From positions 1 through 33,963 of IMG/VR virus record IMGVR_UViG_3300016476_000653: a stretch of 33,963 bases of DNA; one strand, written 5' to 3'. A program made the translations under genes and the position numbers. The notes below the pieces were generated by a model that was not told the DNA's origin, ran no database searches, and saw only the letters and a program-made list of their open reading frames with translations. Within the stretch, counting starts at the first letter, position 1. Each line of letters starts with the position of its first letter. The stretch is from a virus. Below are positions 16,754 through 25,860 of this stretch, one piece after another.

Positions 16754-17139
16754 TAGGTATTCTCCCAAGTTGTGGATATATTCTCCCAGAAAGCAGTAAT
16801 ACTATCCCAAGTACCAACTCTCTTTAAGGTAGAACATGTGATTCTTAAATATTCATGACCATCAAATTCATCTATAATGCTGTTAATCAAATAGATATTA
16901 CCATTATATGAAATAGTCAAGTCATTAGATATAGAAATACTCTGTGCATCTCTAATCCTAAAAACAATATTGTCTGATATAGAGTCCTTACCAGCAATAT
17001 TTGTTCTATTTTGATTCTCTCTAAATATCTCAGCCCAACAAGTATAGTAGTCAACATCTGTTAAGACTTGACCACCAGCACCATCAGATTCTGCAGTTTT
17101 AGATTGAAATGTAATCCTATTTTTAAGTCTACTTATCAT
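16753..17139 (-). CDS. Head-tail adaptor / head closure protein (SPP1 gp16-like)
   Basis: 128 aa; LKNRITFQS...GAGGQ...YYTCWAEI...FRIRD...ISYNGNIYLINSI pattern; position after the gp6-like connector. Confidence 0.7.
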   Translation of the reverse strand: MISRLKNRITFQSKTAESDGAGGQVLTDVDYYTCWAEIFRENQNRTNIAGKDSISDNIVFRIRDAQSISISNDLTISYNGNIYLINSIIDEFDGHEYLRITCSTLKRVGTWDSITAFWENISTTWENT

Positions 17140-17684
17140 TATAAGAATATGCTTATGCGTTTATATGGCTTTATAAGCTCGTATGCTGACGTTACGTTAC
17201 TGTTTGGCTTACTATCCTCAACAGATGATTCTCTGTAGTCGTATAGGTCTGCAATTAGCTTATATAGGGCTGTAATCATTGGTTGTGGTATTGTAGTGTA
17301 ACCACATGTGTAAGTGAACCTATATTCCATACGGTTATTTGCTACCATATAGATTTTCTTATAAGTAGTTCCCAAGATGTAATAGTCACCAACAGACATT
17401 TCTACCCATGTTCCGTTATCCCAGTATTCTACCTTAGTGATGTTATTCAATGGTGCATAAGGGAGCTCAATAAACTCATCTACATAAGCCACTACTTGCA
17501 GTGTTCGTGCACTCATTGCTACACCAGCATATTTTTCCAATCTTACTCTTGCAGAAGCTATTAAAGAAGTAATTAAGTCGTTATCATCGTCAAAATCAAC
17601 CTTTAGGTAGTTTTTAGCCTGGGCCAATGTTATTGGTTCTGAAACTGGCTCTACTGTGGTTGTGACATCCCTTATAATCTGCAT
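17139..17684 (-). CDS. Head-tail connector (gp6-like / phiE125 gp8-like)
   Basis: 181 aa; ITLAQAKNYLKVDFDDDNDLITSLIASARVRLEKYAG is the hallmark N-terminal helix pair; follows the major capsid gene. Confidence 0.8.
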   Translation of the reverse strand: MQIIRDVTTTVEPVSEPITLAQAKNYLKVDFDDDNDLITSLIASARVRLEKYAGVAMSARTLQVVAYVDEFIELPYAPLNNITKVEYWDNGTWVEMSVGDYYILGTTYKKIYMVANNRMEYRFTYTCGYTTIPQPMITALYKLIADLYDYRESSVEDSKPNSNVTSAYELIKPYKRISIFL

Positions 17685-17726
17685 ATACCATTATTTTTAC
17701 AAAAATAACTAAAATATAGTAGACAT

Positions 17727-17754
17727 AAAAAAGGGATAGCTTTTAGGCTACCCC
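17727..17754 (-). terminator. Candidate (leaky) terminator after the major capsid gene
   Basis: Minus-strand RNA: ggg(g)tagc-ctaaaa-gcta(t)ccc followed by U6; lies 37 nt after the capsid stop in a 106-bp gap. Confidence 0.45.
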
Positions 17755-17790
17755 TTTATATTTAGACTATTAAGTCACGTTGCCAAAATC

Positions 17791-18957
17791 CTAGGCTTGG
17801 TTACCAAAATCACCATAAACAAACGCACCAGCGTAGTAGATAGGGAATGCGATACGAGCTTCTACTCTTACAGTAATCATGTTTTCTACGAAGTTGTTAC
17901 CATCAAATTCAGAGAACTGAACTGAGATACCATCTCTTTGCATGATTTGAGCACCCATAGCCCAGTCACCAACCAAGAACTTGTCAGCAGCGATAGCTGT
18001 AGACTTGAACACTGGAATACCAGCGATTGATAATTGACCATCAGTAGTTACTACTGTAGAACCTGGTAAAGAGTAAGCACTGTTAGTATTTTTAGTATTG
18101 ATGATGTTAGCCCAATCTGTAGGGTTAATCAAGATACCAGTAGCACTGTAGTTAGAAGCTTCAACTTGTGCGATAGCTTGTACTAATTGCTCTACATCTA
18201 CAGTTGCAGCACCAGAGAAAGCAGAAGCTACACCAGTTAAACCTTGTAAGTTTGGAGCAGTACCGTTACCACTTAACAATTGAGCATCTTCAGCAACTAA
18301 ATACTTCTCTAACAAACGAGATTGTAAGAAAGAAGTCATAGCTGGAACGTCATCTAACATTTGACGAGAAATCTTAACATAACCAGCGATAACTTGTGCT
18401 GGAGCGTTAGTCATAGTGATGTCAAAATCAACTTGAGCTTTAGTGCTACCTTGAGTTTGAGCAGCTGGAGCACCTTCGCCACCAGTCTCAAGAGGGAAAG
18501 TAAATAAACCTTGAGAAATTGTACCTACTGGTAACAAACTTCTAACGTGGATTTTACGAGAAGGTAAAGCGTACACTTGATTAGCGTAAGCACGAGGAAT
18601 ATCACCAGTTAAGTTAACTGCTTCAGTCATGTTACCTACAGCCTTAGTGTCCATTTTGAATGAAGTATGCTTCAATTCACCAGCAGCGATTTTACCTAAA
18701 ACGTCTGCATTCTTTTCGATTGATTCTGCTAATGTAGCATTGAATCCTTTTACTTGATTGTCGTTCATTGTTTTACGATTGCTTTTTGCCTCTAATTTGT
18801 CTGCAGCATCTTTAACTACAGAGATTTGAGATTTTAATTCTTCTAATTCAGTTTTTAAGCCTTCTACTGCAGTTGCACTTTCAGCTTTTGCGTTTTCGAT
18901 TGCTCCAGATACTTCTGTTTTAATGCCTTCGAAAGCACTTTTAATTTCTTCTACCAT
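17791..18957 (-). CDS. Major capsid protein, HK97 fold, with an N-terminal coiled-coil delta/scaffold domain
   Basis: 388 aa, immediately after the prohead protease (TAATG overlap); N-terminal ~60 aa helical (ELEELKSQISVVKDAADKLEAK); size and position typical. Confidence 0.85.
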   Translation of the reverse strand: MVEEIKSAFEGIKTEVSGAIENAKAESATAVEGLKTELEELKSQISVVKDAADKLEAKSNRKTMNDNQVKGFNATLAESIEKNADVLGKIAAGELKHTSFKMDTKAVGNMTEAVNLTGDIPRAYANQVYALPSRKIHVRSLLPVGTISQGLFTFPLETGGEGAPAAQTQGSTKAQVDFDITMTNAPAQVIAGYVKISRQMLDDVPAMTSFLQSRLLEKYLVAEDAQLLSGNGTAPNLQGLTGVASAFSGAATVDVEQLVQAIAQVEASNYSATGILINPTDWANIINTKNTNSAYSLPGSTVVTTDGQLSIAGIPVFKSTAIAADKFLVGDWAMGAQIMQRDGISVQFSEFDGNNFVENMITVRVEARIAFPIYYAGAFVYGDFGNQA

Positions 18958-19730
18958 TAGTTGAAAATTTTAAATGATTGTAAATATTTGCTAATCTCAA
19001 TTTCAACGGAAATCATCGGGTCCTCTTCTTCTTCCAATGCATCTTCTGCTTCATCTTCTGGATTATCGAGTTCTCCAGGGAAGTCTGTCAGCGGTTGTTG
19101 TTCTGAAGTGACTGATTCTTCATCTTCCATCTCAGCGAGATATTGCTGTAATTGCTTAAGTTTTAACTCTAACAAACCGAATGTTTCGTCTGTATAAAAG
19201 CCATTTCTTAAAGACTTGATAGTTTTAGCTATCTCGTCAATAACAGTGGCTTTAATTTCAGATTTAACCATTACTGTTGGTGTATTAGAATTAGCTCCCC
19301 ATAAAACTGAAGAGCCTTCAAACAATTTAATTTCTGATATTTCATTACCCATTGCTTTAGCTTGAGACTTTACAGTCTGGAAACCAATGCTATGTTCTGT
19401 AATGTGACCATCCTTATACAACTCATAAGTATCTCTACCCAAAGTTGTGTTAGGCATCTTAACTACAGCTTTAAGTCCGAATGAATCTTCAACCAATTCT
19501 TTTGGTTTAGATACTGGCTTATCTGTAGAATGGTTAAACAAGTGCCATATTCTATTCTTAGCACCTGGACCATTTTCTTTAATTGACTTAGTAAACGCAC
19601 CTGGCATGATTATATCTCCATCGCTGTCTACATTACCAAATGCAGAATAGTAAACTACAATAGTTCTTGAGTCATCAGCCATATCAACTGGTGCTCCACT
19701 AACTGCTTTTTTATTATAAAAATTACTCAT
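18957..19730 (-). CDS. Prohead serine protease, HK97 family, with an acidic C-terminal tail
   Basis: AFGNVDSDGDIIMPGAFTKSI, LFNHS, TEHSIGF motifs; C-terminus EMEDEESV...DNPEDEAEDALEEEED. Confidence 0.85.
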   Translation of the reverse strand: MSNFYNKKAVSGAPVDMADDSRTIVVYYSAFGNVDSDGDIIMPGAFTKSIKENGPGAKNRIWHLFNHSTDKPVSKPKELVEDSFGLKAVVKMPNTTLGRDTYELYKDGHITEHSIGFQTVKSQAKAMGNEISEIKLFEGSSVLWGANSNTPTVMVKSEIKATVIDEIAKTIKSLRNGFYTDETFGLLELKLKQLQQYLAEMEDEESVTSEQQPLTDFPGELDNPEDEAEDALEEEEDPMISVEIEISKYLQSFKIFN

Positions 19731-19740
19731 ATTCTTTTAT

Positions 19741-20580
19741 TTAAACAACAAACACAGTGCAACATCTGCAGTTACAATTATTCATTGCTCCTCCGTTTGC
19801 ATCATGTGCGTATTGCATCTGAATTACTCCATTTTCTGGGGTATTCACTAAGAACGGTTGGTTCACTGGTATTCTCACTCCTCCAGTATCTGGATTTGTT
19901 TGTCTATCCAATGCTCTGTGCCAGTTTCTGTACCTACCTCCTTTAGCTGGATAATCTGATGCTATCCACTGCTTTAGCAAAGGTAAGTTAACTAAATTAA
20001 CTGCACCCATCATACCAGCACTTAATGCTTGGTGTGATTCCGTTCTCGCTATCAGTAGACTTCTTGCGTTGTTAATCTTACCTTCCTTAAGGTTTTTAAT
20101 CGCAAGTGAATTAACCTCGTTAAGACTCAAGTTATTCTGTTGTCCATATCTAATGGCACTATTCAGAATATTTGTTATCTCGTTCTTGGTAGTATTTTCA
20201 ATCCCAAACATCTTTGGTCCGCTATAAGTTGTCCAATAAGACAACATGTAAGCAATCCATTCATCCATAATGTTAGCTGGGTCTAAATCTACTGACTCTG
20301 CTTTTTTATAATTATCAAACATCTTTTCGTACGTCATGGCTGTATATCCACCAGTACTTTCGTACAAAGTTCGTAAAATATTATTAATCTGTTTACCGTC
20401 AAACAATGCGTTTTGATTGTTTACGGTTTGCTGAACTCCGTACGCACTAACCAACTGAGCTGTTTTATCGAAATCAGATTGTAGAGCCTTTAGTATCTTA
20501 GGCTGGAACTCTCTGATTGACTTCCTTGCAATTCTTTGTTGCAAAGCAAACTGCTGAGATGGATATAGTAATTTTGCCAT
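19741..20580 (-). CDS. Minor head protein, Mu F / SPP1 gp7 family
   Basis: LIARTESHQALSAG, YRNWHRALD, C-terminal NNCNCRCC; sits between portal and protease. Confidence 0.8.
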   Translation of the reverse strand: MAKLLYPSQQFALQQRIARKSIREFQPKILKALQSDFDKTAQLVSAYGVQQTVNNQNALFDGKQINNILRTLYESTGGYTAMTYEKMFDNYKKAESVDLDPANIMDEWIAYMLSYWTTYSGPKMFGIENTTKNEITNILNSAIRYGQQNNLSLNEVNSLAIKNLKEGKINNARSLLIARTESHQALSAGMMGAVNLVNLPLLKQWIASDYPAKGGRYRNWHRALDRQTNPDTGGVRIPVNQPFLVNTPENGVIQMQYAHDANGGAMNNCNCRCCTVFVV

Positions 20581-20981
20581 TATTCTTTGCCATCTATAGC
20601 TTCTATCATTTTACCAGCTGCTGCAAACACAGAAGTTAAACCGTTTTGTGCTGCTCTTTGTCTGATAGCTCGTAAACCTTGTCTATCCACAGTCTTGAAA
20701 TCAGAAGTATATATGTAACCATAATGTCCTTTAGTTTCTGGGTCCATAGATGTGTCAACACCTAAAAACCATTTTGCATATTCATCCCATCCATTCTCTT
20801 CTATGTAGGCATTCTCTAACTCAGCAGATGGATTTTCCCAAGATGATGGGTTGCTTACATCGCCATTTGCAATTAAGCTATTAGCGTGAGCGATTCCTTT
20901 TGGGTTTTTCTTATTGATAGCCTTCTCTTGATAAAAAGCTTCTATTGCCTTTTCTAATAACTCTAATGACTTAAATTCCAT
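20580..20981 (-). CDS. Hypothetical head-module protein
   Basis: 133 aa; TAATG-coupled to the MuF-like gene; KGHYGYIYTSDFKTVDRQGLRAIRQRAAQNG region, no family name assigned. Confidence 0.6.
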   Translation of the reverse strand: MEFKSLELLEKAIEAFYQEKAINKKNPKGIAHANSLIANGDVSNPSSWENPSAELENAYIEENGWDEYAKWFLGVDTSMDPETKGHYGYIYTSDFKTVDRQGLRAIRQRAAQNGLTSVFAAAGKMIEAIDGKE

Positions 20982-20986
20982 AGCTT

Positions 20987-22723
20987 TTATTTTGATGGGT
21001 CGTATGCCCAGTTTTTAAGTGATATATCTCTTTTTGAAGGACATCCTTCTGCTGCTGGTTCTCCTTGTTCAGCTCCTTTCATTCTGCTAACAAAGCTGAT
21101 AGTTCTATTAGCATCTTCTACGTCTTTAGCTGTCCAATCTTCTTTTTTCTTAGATAACAATCTTAAGTTTCTTTCGATAGGACTTCTGTCTAATGATGCT
21201 TTCTTTGAACATTCAGTTTTAGACCAAGCTTCTAATTCAGCGTAACCCATATTGGTTACAGACTTGTATTTGCTATAAACCTCGTCTAAGTTCTCACTCT
21301 TGCTCAAAAAAAAACCTTCGTTCTTCACTGGCGGCAAGTTGTAATCTCCTTGTTGTCTTGCATCTCTTGGGTCTTGTAACATAGTCAACTCATCGATAGG
21401 CAAGTAACCAGCTGGGATAAAGATTTCATTCATCACCTCATCATCCATAGCTTCATAACGCATAGCTGCTCTCTTCTCGTTTGGAGTAATCCACCAAGAC
21501 TGAGATAGGATAGCACTAAGCTCCTTCATGTCCTCTTGTAATTCAGGGAATACTGTTAAGTCGAAATCGATATAAGAACTGCTATTGTTTTTATTGAAGA
21601 ATCTATTGAACGCATCACGAATAGCCACTAATTCTGGAAGTACAACTTGAGTAAGCATTTCTTTCTTAGCTTCCTTCATGTTGTTGTAAGTCTTGTTATC
21701 TGGGTCGTTAAACAAGGCAGAGTTTACACCGTAAACGTTACAAAGTTCTCTAAGTGTAATCTTCTCTGATTCTAACAACTGTAAATCTACTGGAGACAAT
21801 CCCATGTTCACCCATCCTAACTTAGCACCAGCAATCAAAATCTTACCAGCGTTCTGTACGATACCAGCTTGTGTCTTAGTTCCGTATTGGTTGTAGAAAT
21901 CTTCTTTTAACTTTCCAGCTTCTTCTTGTCCGAAGTTATTAGACTCATCAGCATACAATATCCCTTTAGGTCCTTGGTTCTGCAACATACCCACAGAGGT
22001 ATCTTTTGCGTCATTAGAACGTTGTACAGTTCTGTAAGCTGCTTGTAAAGGTGATAATCCGTATAGTTGTTGTCCATTAGTGTCAAAGTAGGGGTTAAAG
22101 TACTTCATGTGTATCACATCACTTGCTGGTAAATTATCCCATCCAACCAAAGTGAATGTGTATGCTTCAACCCCATTAATAGTGCCATCGGAGACTATGG
22201 CTACGTATTGGGATGGGAGTACGACAAGTTCTTGAATCTTTCCAGATTCTAATCTGTTAGCCCATAAGTATGAGTTACCAGTTATTAATTTGTAACCAAC
22301 CAAGTTCTCTATTAATTCAGAGAATGATTGATATTCATTAGGTTGTTGTAATAGTCTGTTTGTCTCAGAATCAATAATCTCGTTCAATGCTTTTACTCTT
22401 ACTAACTCAGCCTTAGCTAAATCAGCAGTTGTTTGAGCATTAGTCGTTAATGACTTGTACTGGTTTAAATGCTTTTTGCTATTAATACTGTACTCGTAGA
22501 ATGGAACAGTAGATATGGTCTTAGCTATTCTTTTGATGATAGCATATACCTCACTATTGTTACAATAGTCGTTTACATATTTTTTTTCATTAATATCTGG
22601 GTACAAAACTCTACCAGCTATTAAACCAGCGAAATCTGCTAAAGGATTAGATGAGAAACCAATATTGGTTGCTCCTTTTTTTTCAAAAGGACTTAATCCT
22701 TTTATGATGTCCGTTAAATTCAC
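20987..22723 (-). CDS. Portal protein with a ~105-aa C-terminal extension resembling DUF3140
   Basis: 578 aa, GTG start, directly after terL and before MuF/protease/capsid. C-terminal VTNMGYAELEAWSKTE...RDISLKNWAYDP matches my recollection of DUF3140. Confidence 0.8.
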   Translation of the reverse strand: MNLTDIIKGLSPFEKKGATNIGFSSNPLADFAGLIAGRVLYPDINEKKYVNDYCNNSEVYAIIKRIAKTISTVPFYEYSINSKKHLNQYKSLTTNAQTTADLAKAELVRVKALNEIIDSETNRLLQQPNEYQSFSELIENLVGYKLITGNSYLWANRLESGKIQELVVLPSQYVAIVSDGTINGVEAYTFTLVGWDNLPASDVIHMKYFNPYFDTNGQQLYGLSPLQAAYRTVQRSNDAKDTSVGMLQNQGPKGILYADESNNFGQEEAGKLKEDFYNQYGTKTQAGIVQNAGKILIAGAKLGWVNMGLSPVDLQLLESEKITLRELCNVYGVNSALFNDPDNKTYNNMKEAKKEMLTQVVLPELVAIRDAFNRFFNKNNSSSYIDFDLTVFPELQEDMKELSAILSQSWWITPNEKRAAMRYEAMDDEVMNEIFIPAGYLPIDELTMLQDPRDARQQGDYNLPPVKNEGFFLSKSENLDEVYSKYKSVTNMGYAELEAWSKTECSKKASLDRSPIERNLRLLSKKKEDWTAKDVEDANRTISFVSRMKGAEQGEPAAEGCPSKRDISLKNWAYDPSK

Positions 22724-22761
22724 GCTATAAGATATTTTTACAAAAGTAACAAATTTTTAGC

Positions 22762-23898
22762 CTATACTACCCAACCTCTTTTCGGTTTGGCAAATTTTGT
22801 GTATATGGCATATCGCATCGCATCCATTAAGTGGTCTCTGAATTTAACTGGTTCATCTAACGTGTTACCATCGTTATCTGTTTTCCATTTATAATTCTTG
22901 ACCTCATCTAACAAATCTAACGAATCGCTTTTAATTATCAGCGGAAACGACTTAACCTTGTTGATTCCAGCAAATACGTCTTTAACAGCTGGTTTAAGGC
23001 TAAATCCAGCCTTATTCACCTCAGCTATAGTCTTAGGTTCAGCAGCATCGGCAAATATCTCTGTACGCTTGTCAAAGCCAAAAGACTTTAGTTTGTCGAT
23101 AAGTACTGAGGTTGATAGTTTGGTCTCGTAGATAAGCTGCTCCACATACATTTCGTTATCGAAGTGCTTGACACGTACCAGTGCGGTTTGATTGTTGTAG
23201 CCAAAGTCCAGTCCATAAAATATCTCCCCTCCTTCTGGGAATGTTCGTCTGCGTTTCCAATGGGTATAAATAGTCGCTTGAGAGATGGCTCTTTCGCCAA
23301 GACCATAAACTCTCCAATATTCATGGTCCGCATCTTTAAGCCTTTCAATCTCTTCAACCAGTGATTTCTCTAAAAATGGGTTGTCTTTGTAAGTAGTGAT
23401 GGTAAAATCGGTGTCCTCTCTGGTAATTACCTTGTCGTATATCCAAGAATAGTAATCTGAAGGGTTATAGTCGATTACAATCTTATCTGTGGTACGTAAA
23501 GCCAACTGCATCCAAGATTCGTAGTTTACTTCGTTAGCCTCGTTTATAAACAGATAATTACGTTTACGACCTCTAATCTTTTGTGGCTGGTCAGTAGAGA
23601 CAAACTCTACGGTATTACTTCCGAGGAAATATAGGTTTTCTGACTTGTTGTGTTTTTCTTCTGAGTACAAGCCATACTTTGAAAGTATCTCTATGAAGTC
23701 TCTCATTACAGAACCCTTGATAGATGGCAGCGAGGAACGGCAGATAGTCAGTGTCTTTCCCTTTTCTTGCAACAGTTTGACGATAAACCAAGTCAATATG
23801 TTGTATGTCTTGCCACTTCTTGTTCCTCCTTGCATAACAGAGATTTTTTTCTGGCTGTTTTGCAATATTTCGAAAACGATGTTGGTGGTTACGTTCAT
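22762..23898 (-). CDS. terL: Terminase large subunit (PBSX / Terminase_3-like)
   Basis: Walker A QGGTRSGKT, Walker B-like YLFINEA; C-terminal nuclease-type acidic motifs (YGLDFG, FADAAEP, DHLMDAMRY). Confidence 0.9.
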   Translation of the reverse strand: MNVTTNIVFEILQNSQKKISVMQGGTRSGKTYNILTWFIVKLLQEKGKTLTICRSSLPSIKGSVMRDFIEILSKYGLYSEEKHNKSENLYFLGSNTVEFVSTDQPQKIRGRKRNYLFINEANEVNYESWMQLALRTTDKIVIDYNPSDYYSWIYDKVITREDTDFTITTYKDNPFLEKSLVEEIERLKDADHEYWRVYGLGERAISQATIYTHWKRRRTFPEGGEIFYGLDFGYNNQTALVRVKHFDNEMYVEQLIYETKLSTSVLIDKLKSFGFDKRTEIFADAAEPKTIAEVNKAGFSLKPAVKDVFAGINKVKSFPLIIKSDSLDLLDEVKNYKWKTDNDGNTLDEPVKFRDHLMDAMRYAIYTKFAKPKRGWVV

Positions 23899-24105
23899 AG
23901 GTCATTAGGAAAAAATTAAAAATTGGGTTTGGTAATGCGAAGCTAAGACTTTTTCGTTTTATAGGAAGGTATACCCTATCTGATATAAAATCAGCAAAAT
24001 GTTGAATATTATACGCAAAAGGGTATAAAATTGTAGATAATATGCATCAATAATCGACTTTTTTGACTCATGTTTTAGAAATATAGTTCTATTTAAGCAA
24101 AAACT

Positions 24106-24131
24106 GCATGAATTTTTCTGATATTTCATGC
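24106..24131. repeat. 7-12-7 inverted repeat in the terS-terL gap
   Basis: gcatgaa-tttttctgatat-ttcatgc. Confidence 0.6.
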
Positions 24132-24199
24132 AAATTGGAAATAAAGTTCCATTTTAAGTTTACAATTCCAGTAATTGTCGTAGTATTACTACTGATTTT

Positions 24200-24225
24200 G
24201 TCACAATTTTTAAAATATTTGTGAC
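24200..24225. repeat. Second 7-12-7 inverted repeat with a similar spacer
   Basis: gtcacaa-tttttaaaatat-ttgtgac. Same geometry as 24106..24131; both spacers start ttttt and end atat. Confidence 0.6.
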
Positions 24226-24377
24226 TATTGTTACGTTTATATATTACTTTGTAACAAGAAAAGTAAAATATAACATTCACTATGTTACTTTATCAATCAA
24301 ATGATATACGATTATATACGCTTTTAGCCTCAATTATGACCGATAAATGAGCCGAATGTGAGCGATAAACGGCTCAA

Positions 24378-24959
24378 CTACTCTTCGTACTCATCCTGGT
24401 CGTTAATGTCAAGTAACTCACCTTTATCATGGTCGTACTTAGGAACCTCAACGTGAATCTCCTCATCTGGCATATCTACCACAGCTGAAGTAGCTGGAAC
24501 ATAGTAAGTATCATCACTTTGTGTGTCAAAGTTTACTACTGGAGAACTTTCTGGTAGGCTTTTATTCTCATCACCGTCTAATTTAGGCACATCATCCAAA
24601 GATGCACCAGGCTTTAGCACGTTCACCGTAATAGCCTTCACCACATCCCCTTCATGAGCAACCTCTGTTTTCTCAATATAGCCCCTTCTTTTACCTTTAG
24701 TCTTAAGCAAGAACATCGTAGCCAAAGTATCACCCTTAGTAATCCTCTCCATCAGCTTATGCTCACCCCAATCCAGCATAATCTCCTCTGGTTCTATCTC
24801 AGCTAATGCCTTTCTAAAGTCTGGGTCATTCTTCATCCAATTCTGGTACATAGTCCTACTAATCCCACAAGCTTGACAGCTAATGGTAATATTCCCAAAA
24901 TTCTCCCTATAAGCTATAATAAACGCTTCCTTAGTTAAATCCTTAAACTGTTGGTTCAT
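24378..24959 (-). CDS. terS: Terminase small subunit (HTH-type)
   Basis: N-terminal HTH (ISCQACGISRTMYQNWMKND), LATMFLLKTKGKRRGY motif typical of TerS, acidic C-terminus; upstream of terL. Confidence 0.7.
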   Translation of the reverse strand: MNQQFKDLTKEAFIIAYRENFGNITISCQACGISRTMYQNWMKNDPDFRKALAEIEPEEIMLDWGEHKLMERITKGDTLATMFLLKTKGKRRGYIEKTEVAHEGDVVKAITVNVLKPGASLDDVPKLDGDENKSLPESSPVVNFDTQSDDTYYVPATSAVVDMPDEEIHVEVPKYDHDKGELLDINDQDEYEE

Positions 24960-24961
24960 AA

Positions 24962-25237
24962 TTAGTCATTTACTGGTTCGTAAGTCATTTCAAAAATATC
25001 TGGCTTACAAGGATAAAATTCGCCTTTAACTCCTTTTATAATCCAATCGTTTGGATTAGCAATCATAATGCCTTCAAGAGTATTTATTTGCCAATAAACT
25101 CCAGATGGGTTGTCATCTCCTGGCTCTAAAATTGGTGAAACATAAACATTACCATTTGACCATTTAATTACCTCATACTCATTTTGAACATTAATCTGCA
25201 TTGCTTCAATCTCAACTGGTTTTTTTCTAAATTTCAT
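24962..25237 (-). CDS. Conserved phage hypothetical protein
   Basis: 91 aa; MKFRKKPVEIEA...DWIIKGVKGEFYPCKPDIFEMTYE resembles a widespread small phage protein of unknown function (from memory). Confidence 0.6.
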   Translation of the reverse strand: MKFRKKPVEIEAMQINVQNEYEVIKWSNGNVYVSPILEPGDDNPSGVYWQINTLEGIMIANPNDWIIKGVKGEFYPCKPDIFEMTYEPVND

Positions 25238-25238
25238 A

Positions 25239-25433
25239 TTATCTGTTTTTGGTTGGTGTTCGTATTGCAGCTGACTGTGCAGCCTCCTTCTTTAACAAGC
25301 TATCATGACCTAATGACTTCCCACATTGGAAGCATTTTACTTCGTGTTTTGGCAACTCAGATTCCCAAACATAATCTTCAGTCAATCTGCCACACTTGCA
25401 ACTATAAGTCCTTTTCCCATAAGTATCTTTCAT
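25239..25433 (-). CDS. Zinc-ribbon protein, first gene of the leftward arm
   Basis: 64 aa; CKCG...(22 aa)...CFQCG four-Cys arrangement. Confidence 0.6.
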   Translation of the reverse strand: MKDTYGKRTYSCKCGRLTEDYVWESELPKHEVKCFQCGKSLGHDSLLKKEAAQSAAIRTPTKNR

Positions 25434-25438
25434 AAAGT

Positions 25439-25480
25439 CAAAGCTACAACTATTATACCAAATATTAAAATTTGTGAAAA
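25439..25480 (-). promoter_or_regulatory. Candidate promoter for the leftward arm
   Basis: Minus strand: ttttca-N17-(tgg)tataat extended -10. Also TAGCTTTG (Bacteroidetes-type TAnnTTTG box) 5 nt before the ATG. The two models are mutually exclusive and AT-rich DNA yields such matches easily. Confidence 0.3.
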
Positions 25481-25800
25481 CAATGTTTTATATCAAAAAT
25501 ATGGGGGGCACAAGGGCTGTATGGGAACTTTTACGCTAAAAAAGAGTGTAGGGGGTACCTTATAATAAATCATAATATATAAGTGCCTAAAAATCAATAA
25601 TCATTTTGTCTTATAATTACCATTATGTTAAATAAGACTCATTTGCGTACGTTATTTATAAGCTATTCAGTAATACAATTTAAACCGCATCCATTTACGG
25701 AACATAAGACCTCTACCAATATTACTATAACTAACCGAGGTTAATTAACTATGACTAACCTAAATTCAATACCATTGGTAAAGCATCCTAATATAATATC

Positions 25801-25860
25801 TTAATATACTTATATAATCTATTAATATACTTATATATTGTATTAATATACTTATATATT
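25801..25860. repeat. Three direct repeats phased every 21 bp (iteron/operator-like)
   Basis: ttaatatacttatata at 25801, 25822 and 25843; copies 2 and 3 are identical over 20 nt (tattaatatacttatatatt). Confidence 0.85.

Noticed and set aside
24089-24280. 63-aa minus-strand ORF inside the terS-terL gap
   Set aside because: It has a GTG start and a low-complexity Asn/Lys/Phe/Ile-rich translation with no coupling to neighbours, and it spans the inverted repeats. The gap is treated as non-coding.
25801-25860. Possible CRISPR mini-array (also considered for 27558..27625)
   Set aside because: The repeat periods are only 21 and 17 bp, which leaves 5-8 nt between the cores. That is far too short for spacers, and there are no cas genes. 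They are treated as protein-binding iterons or operators.
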